A program made the position numbers and the translations under genes. Below the pieces are notes generated by a model. The model was not told the DNA's origin and did no database searches. It was given only the letters and a program-made list of their open reading frames with translations. A DNA stretch of 40,645 bases, from positions 1-40,645 of the forward strand of contig CBDVDH010000035.1 of NCBI GenBank assembly GCA_965372715.1, read 5' to 3'. The stretch comes from an uncultured bacterium. Lineage in GTDB: Bacteria > B130-G9. Below are positions 25,601-35,191 of this stretch, piece after piece. Within the stretch, counting starts at the first letter, position 1. Each line of letters starts with the position of its first letter.

Positions 25601-28600
25601 ATGAACATCTATGAAGCCCTTCAGGTATTCGCCGAGACCGTTAAGGCCAAGATGGGATTGATGACTCCCGGCGAACCCGAAGATCAACTGCGAGGACCGT
25701 TTGAGAACTTCATGACCGAAGCTGGACGGGCCTTGGGGGGCAACGTTGCTTGCAAAGGTGAGACGCCGCTTGCCGATCGGCTTGGTAAGCCAGACTATGC
25801 CGTTCACGTGAAGGGTTTGCTCGCTGGCTTCGTCGAACTAAAAGCGCCCGGACTTGGGGCGAATCCCAAAGACTTCCGCCGCCACAATAAGGATCAGTGG
25901 AAACGCTTCCGGCTGCTGCCAAATCTCATTTATTGCGACGGGAACGAATGGGCGCTCTATCGCAAGGGCGAAGTCGTCCACAAGTTGGTGCGCCTATCCG
26001 GGGACGTGACAGTAAAGGGGCGTAAGGCCGTTAGCACAGAGGATGCCCGCGCGCTCGAACGCCTGCTACGTGGGTTCTTATCCTGGGAGCCTAGTATCCC
26101 GATCGACCGGAATGGCGAGATTGACCTAAAGCGCTTCGCTGACCAGCTGGCCCCCCTCTGCGGAATGTTGCGCGATGACGTAACCGACGCGCTCCAAGAT
26201 CAGAAGTCTCCGCTCGTCCAACTCGCCCAGGATTGGCGCCAACTGCTCTTTCCAGACGCCTCGGATGAGCGATTCGCCGACGCGTACGCTCAGACTGTCG
26301 CGTTCGCCCTGCTTCTCGGGAGGAGCGAGGGCGCGGACCCGCTGACGCTTGACAGCGCCGAGAACGCTCTCAGCGCACAGCATACACTGCTTTCACGTGC
26401 ACTCCGCCTCCTGACCGACCCACAGGCTCGTCCTGTGATGTCGGCCTCCGTGGACCTCCTGTTGCGGGTTATCGCTCTCGTGCCTCACAGGGCCCTGACC
26501 GGGGCCGCAAGCCGTTGGCTTTATTTCTATGAGGACTTCCTTGAGGCCTACGACCCCAAGCTGCGGAAGGACGCGGGGGCGTATTACACGCCCGTCCAGG
26601 TTGTGCGAGCCCAGATCCGGCTGATCGATGACCTGCTTGTGAACCGTCTCGGCAAGCGGCTCGGTTTCTGCGACCCAGGTGTCGTAACTCTGGACCCCGC
26701 CGCCGGGACCGGCACGTATCTACTCGGTGTGATCGAGCACGCACTCAGTAAGGTTGAAGCTGAACAGGGTGCCGGGGCAGTGCCGGGCCAGGCTTCCACG
26801 CTCGGGGCCAATCTCTATGGTTTCGAGTTCATGGTTGGTCCCTTCGCCGTTGCGGAGCTCCGGGTCAGCCAGGCCTTGCGGGATTCCGGGGCGAGGATGC
26901 CGCAAGACGGGCCTCGGGTCTACCTGACTGACACCCTGGAAGACCCTGCTGCCAAAGCAGCGCAAGTATCCTTGCCACTCAAGCCTATCGCCGATCAGCA
27001 CGCCAAGGCGCTAGCAGTCAAGAAAGATGTCCCTGTGATCGTGTGTTTGGGCAACCCGCCCTACGACCGCCACGAGGCCGCAAACGAGAATAACAAGGCC
27101 CGGACTGGAGGGTGGGTCCGATGGGGCGATGACGGCAAGGGAAACCGGTCGATCGAAGCGAAGATCCCTAAAAGTGTTCCGGCAATCTTCAACGATTTTG
27201 TTTTTCCTGCCGTCCAGTCCGGTCTTGCCCTCCACATGAAGAACCTCTACAACCTCTACGTCTATTTTTGGCGCTGGGCACTGTGGAAGGTCTTCGAGTG
27301 CGCCGCCACTCCGGGCCCTGGGGTGGTCAGCTTCATCAGCGCATCGAGCTATCTCGACGGCGATGCATTTGTTGGTATGCGCGAGCACATGCGTCGCCTA
27401 TGCGACGAAATCTGGATTCTAGACCTGGGAGGCGAGGGACGCGGCACTCGCAGGAGCGATAACGTTTTCACCATCCAGACGCCCGTAGCCATAGCCGTAG
27501 CTGTTCGGTCGGCAAACCCGAACCAGGACCAGCCGGCTAGTGTGCGCTACGCCCGTATCGAGGGCTCTCGGCAGCGCAAGCTCGGCGAGCTGGAGTGCAT
27601 TCGCGATTTCGCATCGGTGAAATGGGTCGACTGTCCCCAGGAGTGGCAGGTGCCCTTCCGTCCTGCCGGAAAGGGACGATACTTCGACTGGCCGCTTCTG
27701 ACTGACCTCATGCTGCCATGGCAGCCCACGGGGGTGATGGCGGGCAGGACGTGGGTGATCGGTCCAAGCACAGAATGCCTTTCAGCTCGCTGGAGCGCGC
27801 TGCTTGGCATTCCAGCGCGGAAGCGAGCCGGCTCATTTATCGACAACGCCACTGGACGCAAGATCACTGACCACGCCTTGAGCTTGTATCCGCCGCGTCG
27901 GAAGCTCAAGCCAATTCGAGAGCTCCCACGCGACACGCCCTGCCCGGAGATTAGACAGGTTGGCTTCCGCGCTTTTGACAGGCAATGGTTGATCGCAGAC
28001 GGCCGCATGATTGACAGACCCTGCCCAGACCTCTGGCGTGCACATGGGCCCAAGCAGGTTTATATGGCAAGCTGTGTAGTTCTCGAATTGGGCCGAGGTC
28101 CGGCTGTTACTTCCACGGGGCATATTCCTGATCGACATTTCTTTGCGGGCAGAGGCGGAAAGGACATCATCCCCCTGTACCGTGACAGTGAGGCGACGAA
28201 ACCGAACATCCTCCCCGGCCTGCTGGAACTGCTTGGCAAATCCTACGAGCGACAGGTGACTCCAGAGGATTTTCTGGCCTATGTCTATGGCGCGCTTGCG
28301 CAGCCAGCTTTTACGGAGCATTATTGGAAAGAGCTGGAGACGCGAGAGCTAAGAGTGCCGATCACGAAGAAGCCTACCTTATTTGAGAAAGTCCGCGTCA
28401 TTGGAGCGAAGCTGCTCTGGCTGCACACATACGGCGAGAGGCTTGTTCCACCGGGGAAGCAGCGAGGCCAGGTCCCTTACGGTGCCGCGAAGTGCACTGA
28501 AGCCGTCCCCGGGGACGAGGACGGCTATCCCGAATCGTTCGAGTACAATGACTTGACGCAGACGCTCCACGTCGGGGCCGGAGGGTTCCGGCCCGTGTCG

Positions 28601-28933
28601 CCCGAGGTCTTCGAGTTTGAGGTCTCAGGATTAAAGGTCGTGCAGTCCTGGCTGAAATACCGCATGAAGAAAGGCGCGGGTAGGAAGTCCTCGCTGCTGG
28701 ACGATATCCGCCCTGAGCGCTGGACTAGCCAGTTCACGACGGAACTGCTTGAGCTGCTCTGGGTGCTTGAGGCGACCGTCGCGGGGTATCCAGAACAGGA
28801 AAAGCTCTTAGAAGCGGTCGTCAGCGGCCCCTGTTTTCGCGCGGACGAGCTGCCACCAGTTCCCGAAGAAATGCGCAACCCGGCCCCGGCGCGTCGCCCA
28901 AGAGGCTCAGAAACAATCAAAGGCACGGCTTGA
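25601..28933 (+). CDS. Type IIG/ISP-like restriction-modification fusion (PD-ExK nuclease, N6-adenine MTase, LlaBIII-like C-terminal specificity domain)
   Basis: KPDY...VELK, GAYYTP, LDPAAGTGTY, GNPPY, FRAFDRQW; no helicase motifs. Confidence 0.88.
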   Translation: MNIYEALQVFAETVKAKMGLMTPGEPEDQLRGPFENFMTEAGRALGGNVACKGETPLADRLGKPDYAVHVKGLLAGFVELKAPGLGANPKDFRRHNKDQWKRFRLLPNLIYCDGNEWALYRKGEVVHKLVRLSGDVTVKGRKAVSTEDARALERLLRGFLSWEPSIPIDRNGEIDLKRFADQLAPLCGMLRDDVTDALQDQKSPLVQLAQDWRQLLFPDASDERFADAYAQTVAFALLLGRSEGADPLTLDSAENALSAQHTLLSRALRLLTDPQARPVMSASVDLLLRVIALVPHRALTGAASRWLYFYEDFLEAYDPKLRKDAGAYYTPVQVVRAQIRLIDDLLVNRLGKRLGFCDPGVVTLDPAAGTGTYLLGVIEHALSKVEAEQGAGAVPGQASTLGANLYGFEFMVGPFAVAELRVSQALRDSGARMPQDGPRVYLTDTLEDPAAKAAQVSLPLKPIADQHAKALAVKKDVPVIVCLGNPPYDRHEAANENNKARTGGWVRWGDDGKGNRSIEAKIPKSVPAIFNDFVFPAVQSGLALHMKNLYNLYVYFWRWALWKVFECAATPGPGVVSFISASSYLDGDAFVGMREHMRRLCDEIWILDLGGEGRGTRRSDNVFTIQTPVAIAVAVRSANPNQDQPASVRYARIEGSRQRKLGELECIRDFASVKWVDCPQEWQVPFRPAGKGRYFDWPLLTDLMLPWQPTGVMAGRTWVIGPSTECLSARWSALLGIPARKRAGSFIDNATGRKITDHALSLYPPRRKLKPIRELPRDTPCPEIRQVGFRAFDRQWLIADGRMIDRPCPDLWRAHGPKQVYMASCVVLELGRGPAVTSTGHIPDRHFFAGRGGKDIIPLYRDSEATKPNILPGLLELLGKSYERQVTPEDFLAYVYGALAQPAFTEHYWKELETRELRVPITKKPTLFEKVRVIGAKLLWLHTYGERLVPPGKQRGQVPYGAAKCTEAVPGDEDGYPESFEYNDLTQTLHVGAGGFRPVSPEVFEFEVSGLKVVQSWLKYRMKKGAGRKSSLLDDIRPERWTSQFTTELLELLWVLEATVAGYPEQEKLLEAVVSGPCFRADELPPVPEEMRNPAPARRPRGSETIKGTA

Positions 28934-28984
28934 CTGTCGGATGCAGGCTGCCTGGTCCGCCCGGATTCACGGAGTCTGGCCGCT

Positions 28985-30202
28985 CTACGCGTGGGCGGGC
29001 TTGAAGATGCAGTCGGAGAACTTCACAACGAGGTCGTGGAAGGCTGGGCGGAAGTTCTTCATGCTATCTTTCCTGTAAGTGGGCTGGACCGCATTCGACA
29101 GCAGGACGATGGTCAGTTCCCTCAAGGGATCGACCCACACGCTGCAACCGGTGAACGCCGTGTGGCCAAACGCGCTCCTTGAGATTACGCGACCGCCGCT
29201 TGTCTCGCTGCCTTCTATCAGCTGCCAGCCGAGGCCCCGTCGTTGGCCACCAGCTTCCTTGTGGGTTCTTATCATGAGTTGGATGCTTTCGGGCGAGAGA
29301 ATCGCTGTTCCCGCTCGACCCGTTGCGCCCATCAAGTACTCCTCCGCCATTTGCACTACATCCGAGGCGCAGCTGAAGAGCCCGGCGTTGCCGCTGACGC
29401 CGTCCAGAAAACAGGCGTTTGTGTCGTGGACCTCGCCCCGGATAGGCCCCTCGCGCCTCATCGACTTGAGCCGCTCCTTCGCGCGCTGGTATTGGCTCTC
29501 AAGAAAAGGGTCCTGTGACGCGCTGGTTTCAAACTCGTCCAGAAAGCGAGCCGCCATCTGCTGTTCGTGGACGTTTCCATTCTCGGTCGGGACGATCCGC
29601 TCTAGCAGCTCCCCGGGTGGATTGAAGAACGTGTGTTGTAGGTTTAGTGGCCCGAATATGTGGTCGGCCGCGAATTCCGCGAGGTCCTGTCCCGAGACCG
29701 TTTCAACTATACGGCCAAGCAATATGAATCCGAGGCAGCTGTATTGGATTTTGTGCATTGGCTCGTATTCAAGCGGGACACGGCAGATGAACTCGATTGC
29801 CTCGTCTTTGGCATCGGCAAAGAGGTAGATTGGGGCCCAGGCAGGCAGACCGGACGAATGGGTCAAGAGGTCCCGGAGCCTGACGAGCGACCTGTGCCCC
29901 TTGCAGAACGCAGGGAGGTAATCAGCGACTGGGTCGTCGATTGAGAGCTCGCCGGCCTCCTGGAGCAGCAACACCGCTGGGGTCGTAACGAGCACCTTCG
30001 TCAGCGAGGCTACATCGAAGATCACATCCTCGTCCAACGGCGCACTCTCTGATCCAGTGCCAAGAGAACCTTTCGCGTGATGAAGGATCCAGTCACCCTC
30101 TCGCTTCACGAAAAAGACCGCCGCGCCAAAAACCCGGTCTTGAATCGCCGAATCTACAAGACCGTGGAGCTCAGCGAAGTACTCAAGAGCCCTGCCTTGC
30201 AT
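28985..30202 (-). CDS. Serine hydrolase, beta-lactamase/PBP family
   Basis: ASLTK (SxxK), LLTHSSGL, YSC, GEVHD.NA, GHTAFTG; ATG 30202 preferred as start. Confidence 0.9.
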   Translation of the reverse strand: MQGRALEYFAELHGLVDSAIQDRVFGAAVFFVKREGDWILHHAKGSLGTGSESAPLDEDVIFDVASLTKVLVTTPAVLLLQEAGELSIDDPVADYLPAFCKGHRSLVRLRDLLTHSSGLPAWAPIYLFADAKDEAIEFICRVPLEYEPMHKIQYSCLGFILLGRIVETVSGQDLAEFAADHIFGPLNLQHTFFNPPGELLERIVPTENGNVHEQQMAARFLDEFETSASQDPFLESQYQRAKERLKSMRREGPIRGEVHDTNACFLDGVSGNAGLFSCASDVVQMAEEYLMGATGRAGTAILSPESIQLMIRTHKEAGGQRRGLGWQLIEGSETSGGRVISRSAFGHTAFTGCSVWVDPLRELTIVLLSNAVQPTYRKDSMKNFRPAFHDLVVKFSDCIFKPAHA

Positions 30203-30247
30203 CAGTCTAACCCTCTGTGCGGCCCAGCACAATAGCAACCCATCATA

Positions 30248-30276
30248 ACTCTACAAGGCCGATCCACAAAAGTCAA
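30248..30276 (-). promoter_or_regulatory. sigma70-type promoter of the serine hydrolase
   Basis: TTGACT-17-TAGAGT. Confidence 0.55.
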
Positions 30277-30631
30277 CAGAGATTCGAGAGAGTTTTTGCT
30301 CGCCGTTCGTCATGCCTGCGATAAGTCGCAGACGGCAAAAAGGAGGAAAGGAAAAACGGAAAAAGGGTGAGACACGAACGCCCGCGTAAGGCCTGATCTG
30401 AGCCTGTCTGGGCCGAGTGTAATACCGTGGCTCGCGCGTACATATGGAACGCCTATTCCGGATGGTGCTTTTCCTTTATACGCCTACCCATATACTGACT
30501 TTCAGAGGGGCTTACAGCTTCTGTACAGCTCCCCGATTCTGACCCAGAGCCTCGCTAGGAAGTGCACGACCTGGGCAAGAAAAGACCTGGGAATAAACCG
30601 AAACCTGTCGAAAAGCTGCGCGGCTTGACCG

Positions 30632-31309
30632 TTATACTGGCCGCAAGGATTCCACTCGTCGCGATGGTCTTGTGCAGAAGGGTTCGCCCAGAGATATGAT
30701 GCAGCTGAGAAGGAATCCGAGGAGCACGTACAGCAATATGCTCCAACCGTCGATTTGTGATGTGTTCACAATCGGCACTCCTGCGAATGCGAACATGAGG
30801 ACTCCGAGCAAGACAAGCGCGGTCCCGGCGCCGGCTCGAAGCGCCCTGGTCAACATCGGCCTCAGCGACGGTTTTCGCGGCTTCTGCCCCACGACAGCAT
30901 TTGCTTTCTGGTCGCTGCGCCGCCTTCTGGCCTTCCAACCGACTATCACCCGGCAGACCGTGAATACGACGGAGACGAGCCAGAAGAGTTTGCCGACGGG
31001 CGAATCTTCGCCGGCGGGGGAAAGGATGATCTTGAAGAGGATGCAAAGGCCAGTGCAGGCGCCCAGGGCAGTAGGGATTGAGAAAAGGAGCCTTCTAGAG
31101 GCCGCAAGCGAGATTGAAGCGGAAAAGGCCGCTATGCCTCCGATGAGGCCGCAAGCAGTGGTGAAGACGGCGATTCTGATTGGCGAGTCAAAGAAGTTCG
31201 TGGGAGAAATCATCGAAATAATTGCCACGGATATGAAGCCGCTGACGACGCCTCCAACCTGGCCAACCGCCCCGAGGCAAAACGAACGCTTGACGTCGCT
31301 TACTCGCAC
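30632..31309 (-). CDS. Hypothetical membrane protein
   Basis: About six hydrophobic segments; no recognisable family. Confidence 0.55.
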   Translation of the reverse strand: MRVSDVKRSFCLGAVGQVGGVVSGFISVAIISMISPTNFFDSPIRIAVFTTACGLIGGIAAFSASISLAASRRLLFSIPTALGACTGLCILFKIILSPAGEDSPVGKLFWLVSVVFTVCRVIVGWKARRRRSDQKANAVVGQKPRKPSLRPMLTRALRAGAGTALVLLGVLMFAFAGVPIVNTSQIDGWSILLYVLLGFLLSCIISLGEPFCTRPSRRVESLRPV

Positions 31310-31530
31310 GGTCGCTCTCGAAGCCTACCTAGTGGCGTGTTCCGCAGATTGCCCACGGTATTATTCCGACAAGGATGGTCCGGCGTGGGGCGGGCATCCC
31401 GAGGCTGGGTCATAATCCGATTGGCGAGGTTCTTGTTGTCCATTCAGACAACAACGATGCAGGAAACACGACCGATTGTCAAGATCAACGCGGCGGTTTT
31501 CATTTGCGACGCGATTGTCGGAATCGGCCT

Positions 31531-31601
31531 GTAGGGGCAGGCCCCCGCGCCTGCCCTATCTTATTGATCGTAAAGGGCAACCGCGGGGGGATTGCCCCTA
31601 C
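31531..31601. repeat. GTAG REP doublet (REPIN-like)
   Basis: GTAGGGGCAGGCCCCCGCGCCTGCCC ... GGGCAACCGCGGGGGGATTGCCCCTAC. Confidence 0.85.
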
Positions 31602-31740
31602 ACAACCGCAACGACTTATGGGACAGCCGCTTAAACGGCGCCCAACTGGCAAACCCTTGCCGGGAAAACACCCCCGTGATCAGCTGTCTCGGATTTCTGA
31701 GGGACAGTGTTGAGCCCTTGTAGTGGGCATCGTCCGCTCC

Positions 31741-31790
31741 CTTTTCGCCTTTTCCCCTTTTCGTCCGTTTCCCCGATGGTGAAACTCCTC
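31741..31790 (-). repeat. 50-bp purine-rich dispersed repeat, copy 2
   Basis: Reverse complement matches 8522-8571 at 40/50 positions. Confidence 0.7.
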
Positions 31791-31906
31791 GCGAGCAAGC
31801 CTTGAACCTTGCTACTCGACAGGGCAGTATGTTGCCAGCATTGCCGAATGTGGCATTACTTAGCTGCTTCTAGACTCGGAGCGCGATACTTGAGGGAAGG
31901 ACAGAC

Positions 31907-33526
31907 ATGGAAGAATTCAGCAAACTGAGCGAGCGGATCGCCGATTTCATCATTGAGAGCAATCCTACTGGCGCCACGCAGATGGGCGTGCACGACAAGG
32001 ATGGCGAGCTGGACGACATGAGTCGTCAGTCCATCGAAGACAAGATCGAGAGGCTCCGAGGATTCAGCAGGGAGCTCGATCAGATCGATCGGTCGGCGCT
32101 TTCGCTGAACGAACGGATTGACCTTGAGGTGGCAAAGGCTGACTTTGACCTGTCCGTCATCATGCACGAGCAGCTCGATCATCTGTCTATCAAGCCCTCG
32201 ATCTATCCTGGGCTTGCCATATTCGGGGTCCACAGCCTCTTCTCGCGGACCCCGGAGCCGGATGAGGACAGGATAGCTGCCGCCGCGTCGCGACTGAGGC
32301 AATTCAGGCGAGTGCTCGAACAGGGCAAGGAGAACCTCAAGCGCCCCCCCAGCATCTTCACCAAGATAACGCTCGACCAAGTTAAAGGTAGTTGCGATTT
32401 CCTCGCTAATTCGATCCCTAAGATAGCGAATGCTGCACCCGGCGGCGCCAAGGAGCTGCTGGCCGCCAATGACTACGCGATCTCTGCGCTGAACGACTAT
32501 CGCTCATTCCTCGAGCGGGACCTTTCTCCCCGCTCCGACGGTGAGTTCGCCATTGGACGTGAGCTGTTCCAACTCAAGCTCAAGATGGACCATTTCCTCG
32601 ACGTTGACGTGGACACGCTGCTTGAGATGGGTCGAGAGACGCTTGAGAAAACGAAGGAAGAACTGAAGTCGGCAGCCGCCGAAGTTGACGCCTCGAAGAG
32701 CTGGCAGGAAGTTGTGGAGGACATCAAATCTGAGCATCCAGAGCCTGGCGAGCTCAAAGCCACGTATCAGCGTTATATGCTGGATGCGAGGGAGTTCGTC
32801 ATCGACAGGGGCCTCGTTGACGTCCCCGCCGGTGAGGAGCTCCGCGTCGTCGATACGCCCGAGCCCTGGCGACCCATCATTCCCTACGCGGCATACAGTA
32901 TGCCCGGGCCGTTTGAGAAGGAACAGGTTGGGCTGTTCTACGTAACTCCAGTCGATGAGAGGCTGCCCGCGGACACTCAGGAGAGCATCCTCAGAGACCA
33001 TTCGATCCCCAACATCAAGGTAGTGGCTCTGCACGAGGCGTATCCCGGGCATCATCTCCAGCTGGTCTGCGCCAACAAGTGGCCCGAGAGGCTCAGGCAT
33101 TTTTTCCATAACACGGTTTTTGTCGAGGGCTGGGCGCTCTACTGCGAGGAGATGATGCGCCAGCAGGGCTTTCTGGCCGACCCAAAGAGCTACGTCCTCC
33201 AGCTCAAGGCGCAGCTCTGGCGGGCTTGCCGCGTTATAATCGACGCATCGCTGCACACAGGCCAGATGTCCGTCGAAGAGGGGATTCAGCTCCTTATGGA
33301 TGAGGCGCTCTTGGCAGAGCCGAACGCGACGGCGGAGGTCAGGCGATACACGATGTCCCCCACGCAGCCGCTGAGCTATCTTGTAGGCAAGGCTGAGATC
33401 AAGAAGCTGAAGGCAAAGGTCGAGGCCAAGATGGGCCCTGACTTCAACCTGCGCGACTTCCACAATCGCCTGATAAGTTTCGCCTCGCTGCCCACCAAGT
33501 TCATAGCGCAATTGATGCTTCAGTGA
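31907..33526 (+). CDS. DUF885 family protein (putative metallopeptidase fold)
   Basis: HEAYPGHHLQ, EGWALYCE, WRACRVIID, PTQPLSY, FH..L. Confidence 0.92.
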   Translation: MEEFSKLSERIADFIIESNPTGATQMGVHDKDGELDDMSRQSIEDKIERLRGFSRELDQIDRSALSLNERIDLEVAKADFDLSVIMHEQLDHLSIKPSIYPGLAIFGVHSLFSRTPEPDEDRIAAAASRLRQFRRVLEQGKENLKRPPSIFTKITLDQVKGSCDFLANSIPKIANAAPGGAKELLAANDYAISALNDYRSFLERDLSPRSDGEFAIGRELFQLKLKMDHFLDVDVDTLLEMGRETLEKTKEELKSAAAEVDASKSWQEVVEDIKSEHPEPGELKATYQRYMLDAREFVIDRGLVDVPAGEELRVVDTPEPWRPIIPYAAYSMPGPFEKEQVGLFYVTPVDERLPADTQESILRDHSIPNIKVVALHEAYPGHHLQLVCANKWPERLRHFFHNTVFVEGWALYCEEMMRQQGFLADPKSYVLQLKAQLWRACRVIIDASLHTGQMSVEEGIQLLMDEALLAEPNATAEVRRYTMSPTQPLSYLVGKAEIKKLKAKVEAKMGPDFNLRDFHNRLISFASLPTKFIAQLMLQ

Positions 33527-33548
33527 AATGGGCGTGTTTGGCAGAGTC

Positions 33549-33695
33549 TGGGGCGGGCTTTCCAGCCTGCTATGCCGTAGGGGCGGTGCTTGCCCCGCCC
33601 TTCGTGCGTTCGGTCAAATCAGGGAAGGGCGGGGCAAGCACCGCCCCTACACAACCGCAACAACTTACCTCTCAGCCTCCAAGCACCGCCCCTAC
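33549..33695. repeat. REP cluster: GTAG REP doublet plus extra half-copies
   Basis: Perfect inverted pair 33577-33650 (GTAGGGGCGGTGCTTGCCCCGCCC); half copy 33680-33695; GGGGCGGGCTTTCCAGCCTGC near 33550. Confidence 0.85.
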
Positions 33696-33711
33696 ATGCC
33701 GGCACTGAATT

Positions 33712-35088
33712 GTGACACGGCATCTGAAAGGTAAGGGAATCCTCTGGCTGTTCGTGGCCTCGCTTCTCGTGCGGCTGCTTTTGGTGTTCATCCACACTGA
33801 CGTGAAGCTCGTCCACGAGATGAACGGCTACGATTACGCGGCACGTTCGATGCTGGCCGGCAAGGGGTTCATCTGTGTCGAGGAACGCGGCTACAGGGCG
33901 TTTCTGCCACCCGGATACTCCTTCTTTCTCGCCGGCGTCTATTGGCTCTTCGGACACAGCTTCTTCGCAGTCAGGTTCGTCCAGGCGATACTCGGCGCGC
34001 TCAGCGTCGTATTTACGTATCTCCTGGCCAAGCGCATCTTTGACGAGAAGGTCGCGAGACTCGGCGCCTGGATACTCGCCTTCTACCCCCAATCCGTCCA
34101 GTTCGCGGACCTGATGCAGACCGAGACCGTTTTTTTGTTCTTCTTCCTGCTGGCGATGGTACTTTACGTAAGAAGTCTCCAAGGCGCCTCGTCGCCGAGC
34201 CTCGTAGCAGCGGGCCTGCTCTTCGGCGTCGCAGCGCTCGTCAGGAGCATCATCATGTTCTATCTGCCGCTGATAATCGGCTTCTTCCTCATCTTCAGGC
34301 GCGACAGGCGCACGATCAAAAAGAGCGTGCTAGTCACGCTGCTGATGTTCGCCACTATCGCGCCCTGGACGATACGCAACTATGTAGTTCTCGATGCCTT
34401 CGTGCCCATCAACACGAAGGTCGGGTGGGACTTTTTTCAGCACAACCACTCGGGCGTCTATCACATAATCCGCAACCTGTCGGATGAACCCGGCGAGGAC
34501 GAGGCGGACAGGATGGCTACGGACGAGAATGGCCACATAGATGAGCTCAAGCTCGGCAAGGTCTGCCGGAAGCTCGCGCTCAAATGGATCGTCCAGAATC
34601 CGCACCTGTTCATCTTCAAGGGCGTCAGGATGCAGTGGAACCTCTACTCGATGGAGCGGACGTTCTTCGTGAACCTGCGCGAGGGCTACTACGGCCACGT
34701 GCCCAAGTGGATGCTGCTCATCGCCGGGCCTTACATGGGCCTGCCGTTCCTGCTGTTGCTGCCCCTCGCCGTCGTCGGCTTCGTTTATATGAAGAAGGAA
34801 AGCCTCTACGAACGCCTCATACTCGTTCTGTTCGGCTACTTCAGCGCTATCGCATTTGCGGCCTTCCTTTTCTACCGCCAGCGATACCCACTTCTACCGT
34901 TCCTGTGCTGCTTCGCGGCTTATGCGGTCCTCAGGCGGAAGGAGATACTCGCCGACATCAAGACCGCCTCCACCGACCGACGCGCCAAGAAACGTGCGAT
35001 AATCGCCGCGTCAATGATAGCCTTCTTCGTCATCGGCTGGCTGATAGACATCGGCATGAGCGTCGCCACGCTGAAGGACACGTTCTGA
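33712..35088 (+). CDS. GT39/ArnT-like (PMT_2) membrane glycosyltransferase
   Basis: PPGYSFFLA, TETVF, PWTIRNY, RYP; multiple TM helices. Confidence 0.88.
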   Translation: MTRHLKGKGILWLFVASLLVRLLLVFIHTDVKLVHEMNGYDYAARSMLAGKGFICVEERGYRAFLPPGYSFFLAGVYWLFGHSFFAVRFVQAILGALSVVFTYLLAKRIFDEKVARLGAWILAFYPQSVQFADLMQTETVFLFFFLLAMVLYVRSLQGASSPSLVAAGLLFGVAALVRSIIMFYLPLIIGFFLIFRRDRRTIKKSVLVTLLMFATIAPWTIRNYVVLDAFVPINTKVGWDFFQHNHSGVYHIIRNLSDEPGEDEADRMATDENGHIDELKLGKVCRKLALKWIVQNPHLFIFKGVRMQWNLYSMERTFFVNLREGYYGHVPKWMLLIAGPYMGLPFLLLLPLAVVGFVYMKKESLYERLILVLFGYFSAIAFAAFLFYRQRYPLLPFLCCFAAYAVLRRKEILADIKTASTDRRAKKRAIIAASMIAFFVIGWLIDIGMSVATLKDTF

Positions 35089-35191
35089 GTGTGGGCCGTT
35101 CGCCGGGCTTTCATGCCGTTGCGACTCATCTTGGACCACTCCACGGCCGCCTCACTGTCCCGCCGGTGGCCGCAACTTCACACTAGGAGCA

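Noticed and set aside
30502-30542. Hairpin GGGGCT-TACAG...CTGTA-C-AGCTCC downstream of the orphan membrane gene
   Set aside because: No U-tract on either strand and no second copy, so no function can be supported.
32504-33511. Long antisense ORFs (e.g. 32504..33511, 6597..7694, 30672..31415)
   Set aside because: They are shadow frames of GC-rich coding genes, without motifs.
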